64,000 nucleotides of DNA from Bacteroides sp. (GTDB lineage: Bacteria; Bacteroidota; Bacteroidia; Bacteroidales; Muribaculaceae), in assembly GCA_014802325.1 (NCBI GenBank), contig JAAVCK010000017.1, positions 50,128 to 114,127 of the forward strand, in the 5' to 3' direction. Numbering within the stretch: position 1 is the first letter of the stretch; every line of letters begins with the position of its first letter. The notes beneath the pieces were generated by a model. That model made no database searches. It saw only the letters and a list, made by a program, of their open reading frames with translations, and was not told the origin of the DNA. The position numbers and the translations under genes are program-made. Below are positions 55,602 to 64,000 of the stretch, one piece after another.

Positions 55602-57956
55602 TTATTTCTTGATGGCTTTAACCGTAGATGATCCGTCGGTGAACAGAACTACTCCGCAGGGGAAAGAATCAGCGTTGATTTCCACCATGCCTTCTGCACT
55701 GACAGTACCCTGCCAGAGCAGCGTGCCTGACACGGTGTAGGCCGAGGCTACAGTGCCGGCATTGAGACCATATACACGCACCACGTCAGTAAACTGCGAG
55801 GGGAATGCCACGGGTTTGCTTACTTCAAGCGCCACATTGGTGATTGACGAAGAGCCTGACTGCTCTACGAGAATATCGAGCGATGAAGCGCCGTCGGTCA
55901 CCGTGAGCTTGCCGGTGCGGTGGGTTACGCCTGCTGGCATCGGATCACACTCTACATGGATATCGTCTACGGTCATATTGTTGGGTGTGCCGGTGGCGCG
56001 AAGCCATTCGCTGTCAGATTCCACGGGGGTGTTGTAGCCGAGGTAGCTGAATATAGGATAGTCAACTGTGCCACCCTGCGAGCCGAATTTCACTACCTGA
56101 TGATCTTCGTCGGCCAGCGATGACATTACCGAATGAGCTACCGAGGGATAGATCATGAAAGAGGTGTGGTTAGCTCCGGCGGGGAAGTAGTCCTCACACG
56201 ATATCCACTGACCGTCCTTAAGCATGTAGGCGGTGTTGCCTTCGCTGCGGAATTTGGCTTTGGCAAACGATACGCAGCAGGTCTCTGTGTATTCGGGCAG
56301 ACCGTCAACGACGATAAAGAATTCATCGTCGACGAAGGGAGCTTCGGTGAAGGGGAACGACGTGCCGAGGATTTCACCGGCGGTAGAGCTTATGTCAAGC
56401 TCGAATACCGACCACCAGAACGAATCGAGTCGCTTGCCGGGAAGGCCGTTTTCGCTTGTGTAGAGATGCACGCCCACGTTGGCTATCTGATCCACCACTT
56501 CTTCGGCTTCGGCACGGTTGAAGAACACGTAGGCGCCGGTGATCATGACGGGTACTGACGGTGCCGAGAAGCACTCGGCGTAAGCAGTGATTTTGCGGGT
56601 GTTTGAGCCGGGGAATATGCCCCAGTCATCCATATCAAAGGTATCGGCGGAGTCATCGGGACGCAGGTTGGTGACGGTGCCGGAGTATTCGGCGGTGACT
56701 TCGGCCACGTCAGCGGAAGCACCGTGCTCGTTGCCTACGGCCAGACCTACGGTCTTATCATGAAGATAAGCAAACGATACTACAGCCTCTTCACCGCTGA
56801 TGGTGGTCACTTCATCGGGATCGGAGGTGACGTGCATGAATGCCCATTCGTGCTCGGTCGGGAAGCCTGATGAGCCATCGCGGAATGTCACGGGCGCCAT
56901 AGGAGCCACCAGGGGAAGACGGTTGGTGGTGAGACGGAACGTGGCTGGCGGGATGATCTTGGCTACCGGCTCGGTTCCGGTCACGGTGACGAGTCCGGCG
57001 CAAGTCTTGGTGGAAGTGGCGCCTGAAGCGTCGGTGACGGTGAGCGATATGTCGTAAGTGCCGTCGGTGGTGTAGTATACCGAGGGATTGGCCTCGGTGG
57101 ATGTGGCCGGTACGGCACCGGGCATCGACCATGAGTAGGAAGCTACCTCACCTTCCGAGAGATTGACGAGGTTGATCACGTCGCCGGTCATTACAGAAAT
57201 ATTCTCGATAGCAGCCTGACCGCTGAGTGTGAAAGCATCTACTGCGAAGTCGGCCATGTAGCCGCCGGTGCCGAATGTATCGGCTGTGCCGGGACCGTAG
57301 GTGAAGCGGAACTGCACGTTCTGACCGGCAAATGCAGCCATATCCACGGTGATATAGCGCCATGCCCAGGGCTTTTCGCCGGACTGAGTGGTGCTGTTCC
57401 ACAGTTCGGTAGATGTCTCGAAACCGTCGGTCGACACCGAGAGTACGAGCGAAGCCATATCGTTGTAGTTGAGCGAATAGCCTACGTATAACGAAAGTAT
57501 ACCGCTTGCGGGCACTTCCACTTCGGGTGAAGTGAGTGAGCTGATGGCACGCTTATAGGCCTGATATGGTCCTTCTACATAGAGCGAGGCTGCATCACCT
57601 TCCTCCACTGTGGAGAAACTCTTGTCGCCGCTCAGATTTTTGGTGGTCCATGTGATATCGGTCGAAGCAGACTCTACGCTCCAGCCATTGATACCGTTGT
57701 CGAAACTTTCTTTGTAAGCCGTGACGAGCGACTCAACGCCGCTGATGGTAAAATCGGCTTTAACTGATGTGCTTTCTGCCGCACGAGGAGCTTTGACCAC
57801 ACCTGCAAACGACTCTACAGGAGCCGCGGGAGCTTTGGTGAAGAGCGCCTGACGAGGAGCAGCGGCACGGGATGCTGTCTCAGCGTGGCCGGGAGCTGAT
57901 ACTCCCATCGCCACGACCGTGCCTAAAAGATAATGAAATAGTTTTGCAGTTTTCAT
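55602..57956 (-). CDS. Secreted PKD-domain protein with lectin/MAM-like domain and T9SS-type C-terminal domain
   Basis: Signal peptide; ESFDNG.NGW...LTSPEV...VQFRF jelly-roll; SYSWSMPGA.P.TST..NP.V.Y...GTYDISLTV PKD motif; BACON-like tail; CTD ending KAIKK. Confidence 0.82.
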   Translation of the reverse strand: MKTAKLFHYLLGTVVAMGVSAPGHAETASRAAAPRQALFTKAPAAPVESFAGVVKAPRAAESTSVKADFTISGVESLVTAYKESFDNGINGWSVESASTDITWTTKNLSGDKSFSTVEEGDAASLYVEGPYQAYKRAISSLTSPEVEVPASGILSLYVGYSLNYNDMASLVLSVSTDGFETSTELWNSTTQSGEKPWAWRYITVDMAAFAGQNVQFRFTYGPGTADTFGTGGYMADFAVDAFTLSGQAAIENISVMTGDVINLVNLSEGEVASYSWSMPGAVPATSTEANPSVYYTTDGTYDISLTVTDASGATSTKTCAGLVTVTGTEPVAKIIPPATFRLTTNRLPLVAPMAPVTFRDGSSGFPTEHEWAFMHVTSDPDEVTTISGEEAVVSFAYLHDKTVGLAVGNEHGASADVAEVTAEYSGTVTNLRPDDSADTFDMDDWGIFPGSNTRKITAYAECFSAPSVPVMITGAYVFFNRAEAEEVVDQIANVGVHLYTSENGLPGKRLDSFWWSVFELDISSTAGEILGTSFPFTEAPFVDDEFFIVVDGLPEYTETCCVSFAKAKFRSEGNTAYMLKDGQWISCEDYFPAGANHTSFMIYPSVAHSVMSSLADEDHQVVKFGSQGGTVDYPIFSYLGYNTPVESDSEWLRATGTPNNMTVDDIHVECDPMPAGVTHRTGKLTVTDGASSLDILVEQSGSSSITNVALEVSKPVAFPSQFTDVVRVYGLNAGTVASAYTVSGTLLWQGTVSAEGMVEINADSFPCGVVLFTDGSSTVKAIKK

Positions 57957-57981
57957 GTAATTATACGAAGAAAATAAATAT

Positions 57982-60897
57982 TTATTTTACAAAGATTTTG
58001 GCTGTTGATGCAGAGCCGTCGGCGCCTTGCCATGCAGCGATGTAGACACCTGAAACCAGACGTACTGCTACGGAGCGACCATCGGTCGATGCGGTAGCCA
58101 CCATATTACCGGCGGGGTTATAGACGGTCAGCACACCGGCTCCGGGCACGGTGACATATCCGTCGGCGTAAGCGATAGCGGTGTTGTGGTCGGAGTTGAC
58201 TGTGTCAACACCGGTGGTTACAGTCATCTGCTCCACGTCGGTCTGATAGATATAAAGTGACCAGTTGTTGGTTTCCTGGCGGAAAGCTATGTAGTATCTG
58301 CCGGCGTCGTAGACGGTGGCTTTCGATTCGTTGACTGAAGGAAAGCTTACACTTTCCACGTGGGGAGTGTCAATGATGCTTACTATGTCGAGATCGGCGG
58401 GATCATCGTTCTTGCAGAGAAGAATCTGGAAATCCTCGGTATAGCGTGCGTTGTAGCAGGTAGCTTTCCATTTTACACTGATCTCGCCGGCGTCCATATC
58501 AAGCGGGGGAGTGATCATGACAGCGTTGCTTGCTCCGCACTCCATGGCGCCTTTCGATGAGTTCCAGGTCCACTGATCTCTGCCGGTGTTAGGATTTTTG
58601 CTGATGGTGAAGAGGTCACGGATCGAAGCATCGGCAAGGTCGGGGGTGAAAGGAAGTTCGATGGCGTCGCCGAGTTTGATGGCAGGAGCATCGGTGTACT
58701 CCGAAGTGTTTTCACCGTCAGATGCAGCTACGGAGTAAGTATAGATGGCAAGCGGAAGCTCGGTGTCTTCGTCAACGAAGGGACTTGCCGTGCAGTCGTC
58801 GGTAAGAGTGTCGTCGTTGCGCTTCACTATGTAGACGATCTTGGCAGGGTCTACGTATCCTCCGTTTACTCCCTCGGTCACTTCGGTGAATGTGACTTCA
58901 ACGCCATTGTCCACCGCTTTTGCCTCGACAGTCTCGGGAGCCTTAGGTATGTCGTAGCCTACCCATGCGGATGTGACTTCGGTGGCTTCTCCGGCTTCCT
59001 CGCCGAGATAAGGAATGATGCTGTAGGAGTAAATGCCTGCTTCATCCACGGTGTCTTCATACGAACCTTCAGCACCTCCGGCGAGGTTTTCGAGCGTAGC
59101 CACTACGTCAGAGCCGCGGAGCACTTCGATTTTTTCGATAATGTCAAGTGTCTCGCCGGCGGTGGTTTCAGACGAATTGATCCAGCTCAGAGCTACTTTC
59201 AGCTCACCTGCGGCAGCCGGAGTGGCTTTCAGATCGGTCACGGGTTTGGGAGTGGCGACTACTTCGGCAATGCTCAGATCGTCGACATAGAGGTCGTTGG
59301 AGTCTGATGGGCCGAAGCAGTGGAATGCGATGTAATATTCACCGTCCTCCTGCACCGAGAAAATCTGCTTGACGGTGACGTAGGCAGCTGACGAGATGGT
59401 CTCGGTCCATAATTGCTCGGACAGACCGTCAGCTGTAGGCACGAGTCCTATGTTCACACCAAGATTTTTCGGCGAGTTGACTGTGTTAACTCTGGTGGCA
59501 AACGTAAGTTCGTAGGCCTTACCTTTTTTAAGATTGAATTTGGGCAGACAGGCGTATGCGTCGGCCGGTGAGCCCCAATAGTTCAGAGCTGATGAGCTGA
59601 CATTCCAGTCGCGTTTACCATCTTCGGTATGGAACAGAGTGAAAAGTTCTATAGAACTTGCTGACGAGAAGTCGTTAGAGTAGGGCAGTGTGGCGCATCC
59701 GCCGGTAACTACCTTATTAGACTTCGCTCCGCTGAACGAGGTAGAGCCGTTGAATACGGTATAGACCTGGTATTCGTAAGAGCCTAATTCTGTAATAGTG
59801 TCATCGATATAGGGGAGCTGGCCTTGCCATGCATCAGCAAGAGTTACAGTATTGCCGTTGGAAGAGCGGGTGATTTTGTAGGCCACGTCGGCGGGGTCGA
59901 AATATCCGTTTGTAGGAGCCGGCTGGGTGAAGGTCAGTGTGACAGAAGTGTTGCTGTCAGGTACGGGCTCGGCTATTACATCGGTTACACCGGGCACTGA
60001 GGTAGCCATACCGATGTAGGGGCTCTCTACTCCGGTGCAAGCAGCTCCGGTGCCTTCGCTGTTATATGCGGCTATACGATAATAAAATGTACCTGATGAT
60101 GGTACTGATTCATCGGTCCATGTGACTTCCTGACCGGGAGTGGGAGCGGCAACAGTTCCCACGAGGTTACTCTCGTTGACGGAGAAGAAAGAAGTGCTTC
60201 CACGGTAAACGTAAGCACCAGTCAGATCAGAAAGTGTGCCGCCAAACTTATCGACATCGGGTTGTTTCCATGTGATGGTAGCAGAGAGTGCTCCCTTTTC
60301 GCCGGCTACGATGCTTAGATCGGTAGGTGTGCCGGGTGTGGCAGCTACTTTCTCGATATCAAGATACTGGATTGCCGTACCTCCAGCGTAGGATTTGGTG
60401 ACAACGTGTATGCCGAAATATACCGGGCCTGTGGCAGTAGCGGTGTATGTGCCGGTGTTGTCGGTAGTTGTAAAATATTTGGAATTCAGATTTTCATTGC
60501 TGAAGATCTGTGTGGTGAGTGCGTCGACTTCGGGCGCGTTACCGGCGTATAATTTTATGGCTGATTTATCGGATGAGAACGATGAAACGTTTTTAGCGTA
60601 TATAGTTATATTGTAGGTGGTACCGGCGGTGACATTTACGGCCGGAGATACAAGCCAGTAATCTGATACGGCTTTTTGATTCTGCGCTACTTCGGCAGCC
60701 TCATCAGTGCTGTTGTAGTGAAAGTCATAGTTGGCATCTCCCGAGGAATTGATGTTTGTCCACTGGTCGAAAGCCTCCTGACTATTGATTTCGAGCTTGA
60801 CGGGAGCCGTGTATTCGGCATCCTGAGCATAGGCTTCGAGTCCGGACAGCGCAAGGGCTATTGCTGCTCCTGCGAATGAGTAAAACTGTCTTTTCAT
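57982..60897 (-). CDS. Large secreted protein with cleaved-adhesin-like and FN3-like modules and T9SS-type C-terminal domain
   Basis: Signal peptide; DYWLVSPAV, YACLPKFNL, VMITPPL adhesin-like motifs; GELKVALSW, YYRIAAYN FN3 motifs; tail TGVDTV...TVYNPAG...SGVYI...KIFVK. Confidence 0.83.
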   Translation of the reverse strand: MKRQFYSFAGAAIALALSGLEAYAQDAEYTAPVKLEINSQEAFDQWTNINSSGDANYDFHYNSTDEAAEVAQNQKAVSDYWLVSPAVNVTAGTTYNITIYAKNVSSFSSDKSAIKLYAGNAPEVDALTTQIFSNENLNSKYFTTTDNTGTYTATATGPVYFGIHVVTKSYAGGTAIQYLDIEKVAATPGTPTDLSIVAGEKGALSATITWKQPDVDKFGGTLSDLTGAYVYRGSTSFFSVNESNLVGTVAAPTPGQEVTWTDESVPSSGTFYYRIAAYNSEGTGAACTGVESPYIGMATSVPGVTDVIAEPVPDSNTSVTLTFTQPAPTNGYFDPADVAYKITRSSNGNTVTLADAWQGQLPYIDDTITELGSYEYQVYTVFNGSTSFSGAKSNKVVTGGCATLPYSNDFSSASSIELFTLFHTEDGKRDWNVSSSALNYWGSPADAYACLPKFNLKKGKAYELTFATRVNTVNSPKNLGVNIGLVPTADGLSEQLWTETISSAAYVTVKQIFSVQEDGEYYIAFHCFGPSDSNDLYVDDLSIAEVVATPKPVTDLKATPAAAGELKVALSWINSSETTAGETLDIIEKIEVLRGSDVVATLENLAGGAEGSYEDTVDEAGIYSYSIIPYLGEEAGEATEVTSAWVGYDIPKAPETVEAKAVDNGVEVTFTEVTEGVNGGYVDPAKIVYIVKRNDDTLTDDCTASPFVDEDTELPLAIYTYSVAASDGENTSEYTDAPAIKLGDAIELPFTPDLADASIRDLFTISKNPNTGRDQWTWNSSKGAMECGASNAVMITPPLDMDAGEISVKWKATCYNARYTEDFQILLCKNDDPADLDIVSIIDTPHVESVSFPSVNESKATVYDAGRYYIAFRQETNNWSLYIYQTDVEQMTVTTGVDTVNSDHNTAIAYADGYVTVPGAGVLTVYNPAGNMVATASTDGRSVAVRLVSGVYIAAWQGADGSASTAKIFVK

Positions 60898-60952
60898 TAT
60901 GATGGGATTGTTAATAAGTTACAAAATTGCACGAAAATTGGATATTTGACGA

Positions 60953-60960
60953 CAAAAATA
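60953..60960 (-). promoter_or_regulatory. -7 box TATTTTTG for the tandem T9SS genes
   Basis: CAAAAATA on +, 55 bp upstream of ATG 60897. Confidence 0.45.
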
Positions 60961-61087
60961 CTGCTTTTTCGTCGACTATGCAATGTTTTGGCTCATAAAC
61001 ATTCAAAAATTGTGTCAATTTATATTCTTTGAGTGTGACATGTGGCAGTCGCGAGGCATATAATTTGTTATTTCGGGGAATTTACAC

Positions 61088-61095
61088 TAAATTTG
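61088..61095 (+). promoter_or_regulatory. -7 box TAAATTTG for DUF5606-hemerythrin-LuxR
   Basis: 47 bp upstream of ATG 61143. Confidence 0.6.
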
Positions 61096-61142
61096 TAGTC
61101 GAAATAAACTTGTCACATAACATAAATAAATTACTATCAATC

Positions 61143-61574
61143 ATGCTTAAGACTATTCTCTCTATATCCGGCCGTCCCGGCCTGTTCAAACTCGTCAACC
61201 GTGGCAACAACATGCTCATCGTGGAGTCGCTTGCCGATGGTAAACGTGTGCCCGCCTATACCCGCGACAAAGTGATATCGCTCGGTGAGATCACCATGTA
61301 TACACTCGATGGCGACACCCCTCTGTCAGACGTACTCGAAAGCCTAAAGACCGTGGCCGAGGGCAAGCCCGTGGATGTGAAAGCCATAGGCAAGGATGCT
61401 GATATCCGCGAATATTTCGGCAAGGTCCTTCCCAATTATGACCGCGAGCGCGTATATACATCCGATATCAAGAAACTTATCTCATGGTATAATATACTCA
61501 TCAACGCCGGCATTACCGAGTTCAAGGAAGCTGAAGAGGCTGCTGCTGAGCCAACTGCCGAAGCCGGAGAATAA
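61143..61574 (+). CDS. DUF5606 family protein
   Basis: MLKTILSISGRPGLFKL...IVESL...VISLGEITMYT...LPNYDRERVYTSDIKKLISWYN; start moved to ATG 61143. Confidence 0.88.
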   Translation: MLKTILSISGRPGLFKLVNRGNNMLIVESLADGKRVPAYTRDKVISLGEITMYTLDGDTPLSDVLESLKTVAEGKPVDVKAIGKDADIREYFGKVLPNYDRERVYTSDIKKLISWYNILINAGITEFKEAEEAAAEPTAEAGE

Positions 61575-61578
61575 TCCC

Positions 61579-62280
61579 ATGCCTACAGCCCGCAGATTCA
61601 GCGCCACCGACCGCGTGACCGACCTGGTGATGGAGGATTACAATATCCTGCCCGTACTGAGTCGGTTTTCGCTGCCGCTGGGCTTTGACAACAAGACTAT
61701 AGGCCAGCTGTGTGGCGAGGCAGGTATCGATACCGAGGGCTTCCTGCTGATTATCAACTTCTTGATGTCGGGGCGCATAGACGAACTTCCTGCCGGAATG
61801 TCGCCTATGGTGATTGTGGACTTCCTCCGCAACAGTCACGACTATTTCATCACCTATAAATTTCCTCATATCCGTGCCAATCTGATAGCCGCGCTCGATG
61901 AATCGCACTCCGACATAAATCCCATCATAGTGAAATTCTATGATGACTACATCGCGCAGGTCAGAAAGCACTTCGCCTATGAGGAGGAGACGGTGTTTCC
62001 CTACATCGAGGCGCTGACTTCCGGACGGTCGTCGGAATACAATATCGATATATTCCGTCGCCATCACGATGAGGTGGGCGACCGACTGGCCGAGCTCAAA
62101 AACATAATACTGCGCTATTATGCCACGTCGATGCCCTACAGGATGTATGATGCACTGGTGGATATATTCAACTGCGAGGAAGATCTCGAATCGCATGCCG
62201 ACATAGAGAATCATATCCTCATACCGCTCATAGCATCGATGGAACGGCGCAACGACACGCATAATCACGCCAAGATCTGA
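61579..62280 (+). CDS. Hemerythrin/RIC (ScdA/YtfE-like) di-iron domain protein
   Basis: N-terminal ScdA-like region; SHDYF, KHFAYEEETVFPY, HHDEV, HADIENHILIP supply His/Glu ligands; start at ATG 61579, 4 bp after the DUF5606 stop. Confidence 0.88.
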   Translation: MPTARRFSATDRVTDLVMEDYNILPVLSRFSLPLGFDNKTIGQLCGEAGIDTEGFLLIINFLMSGRIDELPAGMSPMVIVDFLRNSHDYFITYKFPHIRANLIAALDESHSDINPIIVKFYDDYIAQVRKHFAYEEETVFPYIEALTSGRSSEYNIDIFRRHHDEVGDRLAELKNIILRYYATSMPYRMYDALVDIFNCEEDLESHADIENHILIPLIASMERRNDTHNHAKI

Positions 62281-62287
62281 ATCAGTC

Positions 62288-62878
62288 ATGAAGCCGCCGG
62301 TCATAGTAGTAATATCATCTTCATCCGTGGTGGCAGCAGGGCTGACAGCTTTGGTGCGCAGTCAGGCTATAGCTCCGGGGGCTACGGTGGTGGAAGCTGT
62401 CCCGGCAAATATTGCAAGCGAAGTGGCCGAACGTCACGTCGATATTGTGGTGGGTGACCAGTGGTCGCTCGACGCCGCTACGGTCACCGCCGTGCGCGAT
62501 GCCGCCGACGGACCTGTAGCCGTGGTGGCTCTTATATGGTCAGCCATGCCCGAGCAGTCAACCGCTCTCTACGATGCCACTCTGAGTATCTGCGACTCTC
62601 CTGCCAAGATAGCCGACACGATTGCAAAGTGCTGTCCCGGTCCGGATGAGGAGGCGCGTAAAGAGTTGAGCCCGCGAGAGAAAGACGTGATAATAGGTGT
62701 GGTGAAGGGGCTTAGCAACAAAGAGATAGCCGACAGTCTCAACGTATCGACCCACACCGTGATGACTCATCGGCGCAACATTGCGTCGAAACTCCAGATA
62801 CATTCGCCTGCCGGACTTACCATCTATGCCATAGTGAGCCATCTGGTCAACCTTGACGAGGTGAAGGATATGATATGA
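62288..62878 (+). CDS. LuxR family regulator with degenerate receiver-like N-terminal domain
   Basis: LSPREKDVI..VVKGLSNKEIADSLNVSTHTV.THRRNI..KL LuxR HTH. Confidence 0.93.
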   Translation: MKPPVIVVISSSSVVAAGLTALVRSQAIAPGATVVEAVPANIASEVAERHVDIVVGDQWSLDAATVTAVRDAADGPVAVVALIWSAMPEQSTALYDATLSICDSPAKIADTIAKCCPGPDEEARKELSPREKDVIIGVVKGLSNKEIADSLNVSTHTVMTHRRNIASKLQIHSPAGLTIYAIVSHLVNLDEVKDMI

Positions 62879-62946
62879 TCTCAAGCCTCCGGCCTGAGAT
62901 TACCCCCTGTATTTTTAAGAATCTAAAACCATAATAAACAATATTC

Positions 62947-64000
62947 ATGTTTCAACGCACTACTATTTCACTCGCCGTGGCAGCCATGTGTATGGCTGTG
63001 ACCGCCCCTAAGGCTCTTGCCGCCGACGGCTACGAGAGCTATTACAAGAATCTTCCCATCGAGCTTCCGGCTGTGACTGCTCCCGTGATACCCGACTATA
63101 CGGTGTCGATAGCTGATTTCGGAGGCGTAAACGACGGAGTGACACTCAACACCGAAGCTTTCGCAAAGGCTATGGCTCATCTTGCCGAAAAGGGCGGTGG
63201 CCGACTCAATGTGCCCGAAGGCATCTGGTACACCGGCCCCATATGTCTGGAAAGCAATGTGGATCTCCACCTTGACCGCGGAGCTCTGGTGCTTTTCAGC
63301 GAAAATCTTGCCGACTATCCCGTAGTGGCTTCTGATTGGGAAGGCCTTTCGACCCACCGCGCCACTTCGCCTATCTCGGCCCGCAACAAAACGAATATTG
63401 CCATAACCGGCGACGGCACTTTCAACGGTAACGGCCAGTGCTGGCGTCCCGTCAAGAAAGCCAAACTCACCGCCGACCAGTGGAACAAACTCAACCGAGG
63501 CGGCGCTGCAAATGCCAAGGGTGATATATGGTATCCCAACGAGCGCATACGTGAAGTGTCGGAAAGCCCGGTGCTGAAGAGAGCCGTACACCGCACTTCG
63601 GCCGACACACTCGAATATGTCCACGACTTCCTCCGCCCCGTGCTTGTGTCGCTCATCGGCTGCAAGAATGTGTTGCTCAAAGACGTGACATTTGAAAATT
63701 CACCAGCGTGGAATGTACATCCTCTGCTGTGTGAAAACATCATACTCGACAACCTCAACGTGCGCAATCCCTGGTATGCGCAAAATGGCGACGGCCTTGA
63801 CCTCGAATCATGCACCAACGCGCTGGTGATCAACAGCCGCTTCGATGTAGGCGACGACGCCATATGTATCAAATCGGGTAAGGATAAGGACGGTAGGGAG
63901 CGCGGTATCCCGTGCAGCAACGTAGTGATCGACGGTTGCACCGTATATCATGGCCACGGCGGCTTTGTGATCGGCTCGGAAATGTCGGGCGGCTGCAAGG
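62947..64000 (+). CDS. GH28 polygalacturonase family glycoside hydrolase, runs off the right edge
   Basis: Manual translation: signal peptide MFQRTTISLAVAAMCMAVTAPKALA; SIADFGG..DG.TLNT.AF..A; NPWYAQNGDGLDLESC, DVGDDAICIKSG, YHGHGGFVIGSEMSGG. Not in the ORF track. Confidence 0.94.
   Translation, partial: MFQRTTISLAVAAMCMAVTAPKALAADGYESYYKNLPIELPAVTAPVIPDYTVSIADFGGVNDGVTLNTEAFAKAMAHLAEKGGGRLNVPEGIWYTGPICLESNVDLHLDRGALVLFSENLADYPVVASDWEGLSTHRATSPISARNKTNIAITGDGTFNGNGQCWRPVKKAKLTADQWNKLNRGGAANAKGDIWYPNERIREVSESPVLKRAVHRTSADTLEYVHDFLRPVLVSLIGCKNVLLKDVTFENSPAWNVHPLLCENIILDNLNVRNPWYAQNGDGLDLESCTNALVINSRFDVGDDAICIKSGKDKDGRERGIPCSNVVIDGCTVYHGHGGFVIGSEMSGGCK

Noticed and set aside
57982-60897. Possible GC mosaicism within the large T9SS gene
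   Set aside because: Spot counts of several 60-bp lines gave about 38-52% GC with no consistent breakpoint; it cannot be supported without a sliding-window calculation.
61029-61578. Extended starts for DUF5606 (61029) and hemerythrin (61396)
   Set aside because: The first lies upstream of the promoter box; the second overlaps DUF5606 out of frame. ATG 61143 and ATG 61579 fit better.
62968-63941. Minus-strand ORFs of 218 and 208 aa
   Set aside because: Antisense shadows of the GH28 gene on the + strand.
1-64000. Mobile elements, prophage, defence islands or invertible promoters
   Set aside because: No transposase, integrase, recombinase, phage structural or restriction-modification genes were recognised, and no inverted repeats flanking a promoter box were seen.

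Overview
Chromosomal, mostly housekeeping window from a Bacteroidales bacterium, most likely Muribaculaceae. The assignment is inferred from recurrent TAnnTTTG -7 promoter boxes, A-rich leaders without Shine-Dalgarno sites, T9SS-type cargo proteins and roughly 50-58% GC in coding regions. About 54 CDSs are supported, two of them truncated by the window edges and absent from the ORF track (DPP-IV at left, GH28 at right). Layout: a 13-kb leftward run (DUF5106, DoxX, mnmA, bifunctional nuclease, nucleoside permease, rsmE, kdsA, TPR protein, receiver/PEP-dikinase-like protein, coiled-coil protein, DPP-IV); yqeY-serS-rbfA-lolE-like-POP-lipoprotein-MBL; Hc1-like gene; pyrK-pyrD; Fe-ADH; aspT; GH13; fbp; ileS-dksA-lspA; a leftward DUF4199-GT2-nitroreductase-DUF6452-DUF6048-SDR-phoH run; thrS-infC-rpmI-rplT; uvrA; four T9SS cargo proteins; and DUF5606-hemerythrin-LuxR-GH28. 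I found no tRNA, rRNA, CRISPR array, transposase or integrase. Best leads: (1) an uncharacterised coiled-coil protein combining an N-terminal amphipathic helix, an AT-hook-like motif and a terminal QLSLF beta-clamp motif; (2) its upstream neighbour, a receiver + ATP-grasp + cryptic phospho-His swivel protein that may be a self-contained dikinase phosphorelay; (3) a RIC/hemerythrin + kinase-less LuxR pair; (4) candidate cis-regulatory RNAs before thrS and rplT and an orphan-promoter sRNA; (5) an endonuclease I homologue with a degenerate active site. All family calls are by eye from motifs; no database search was run.
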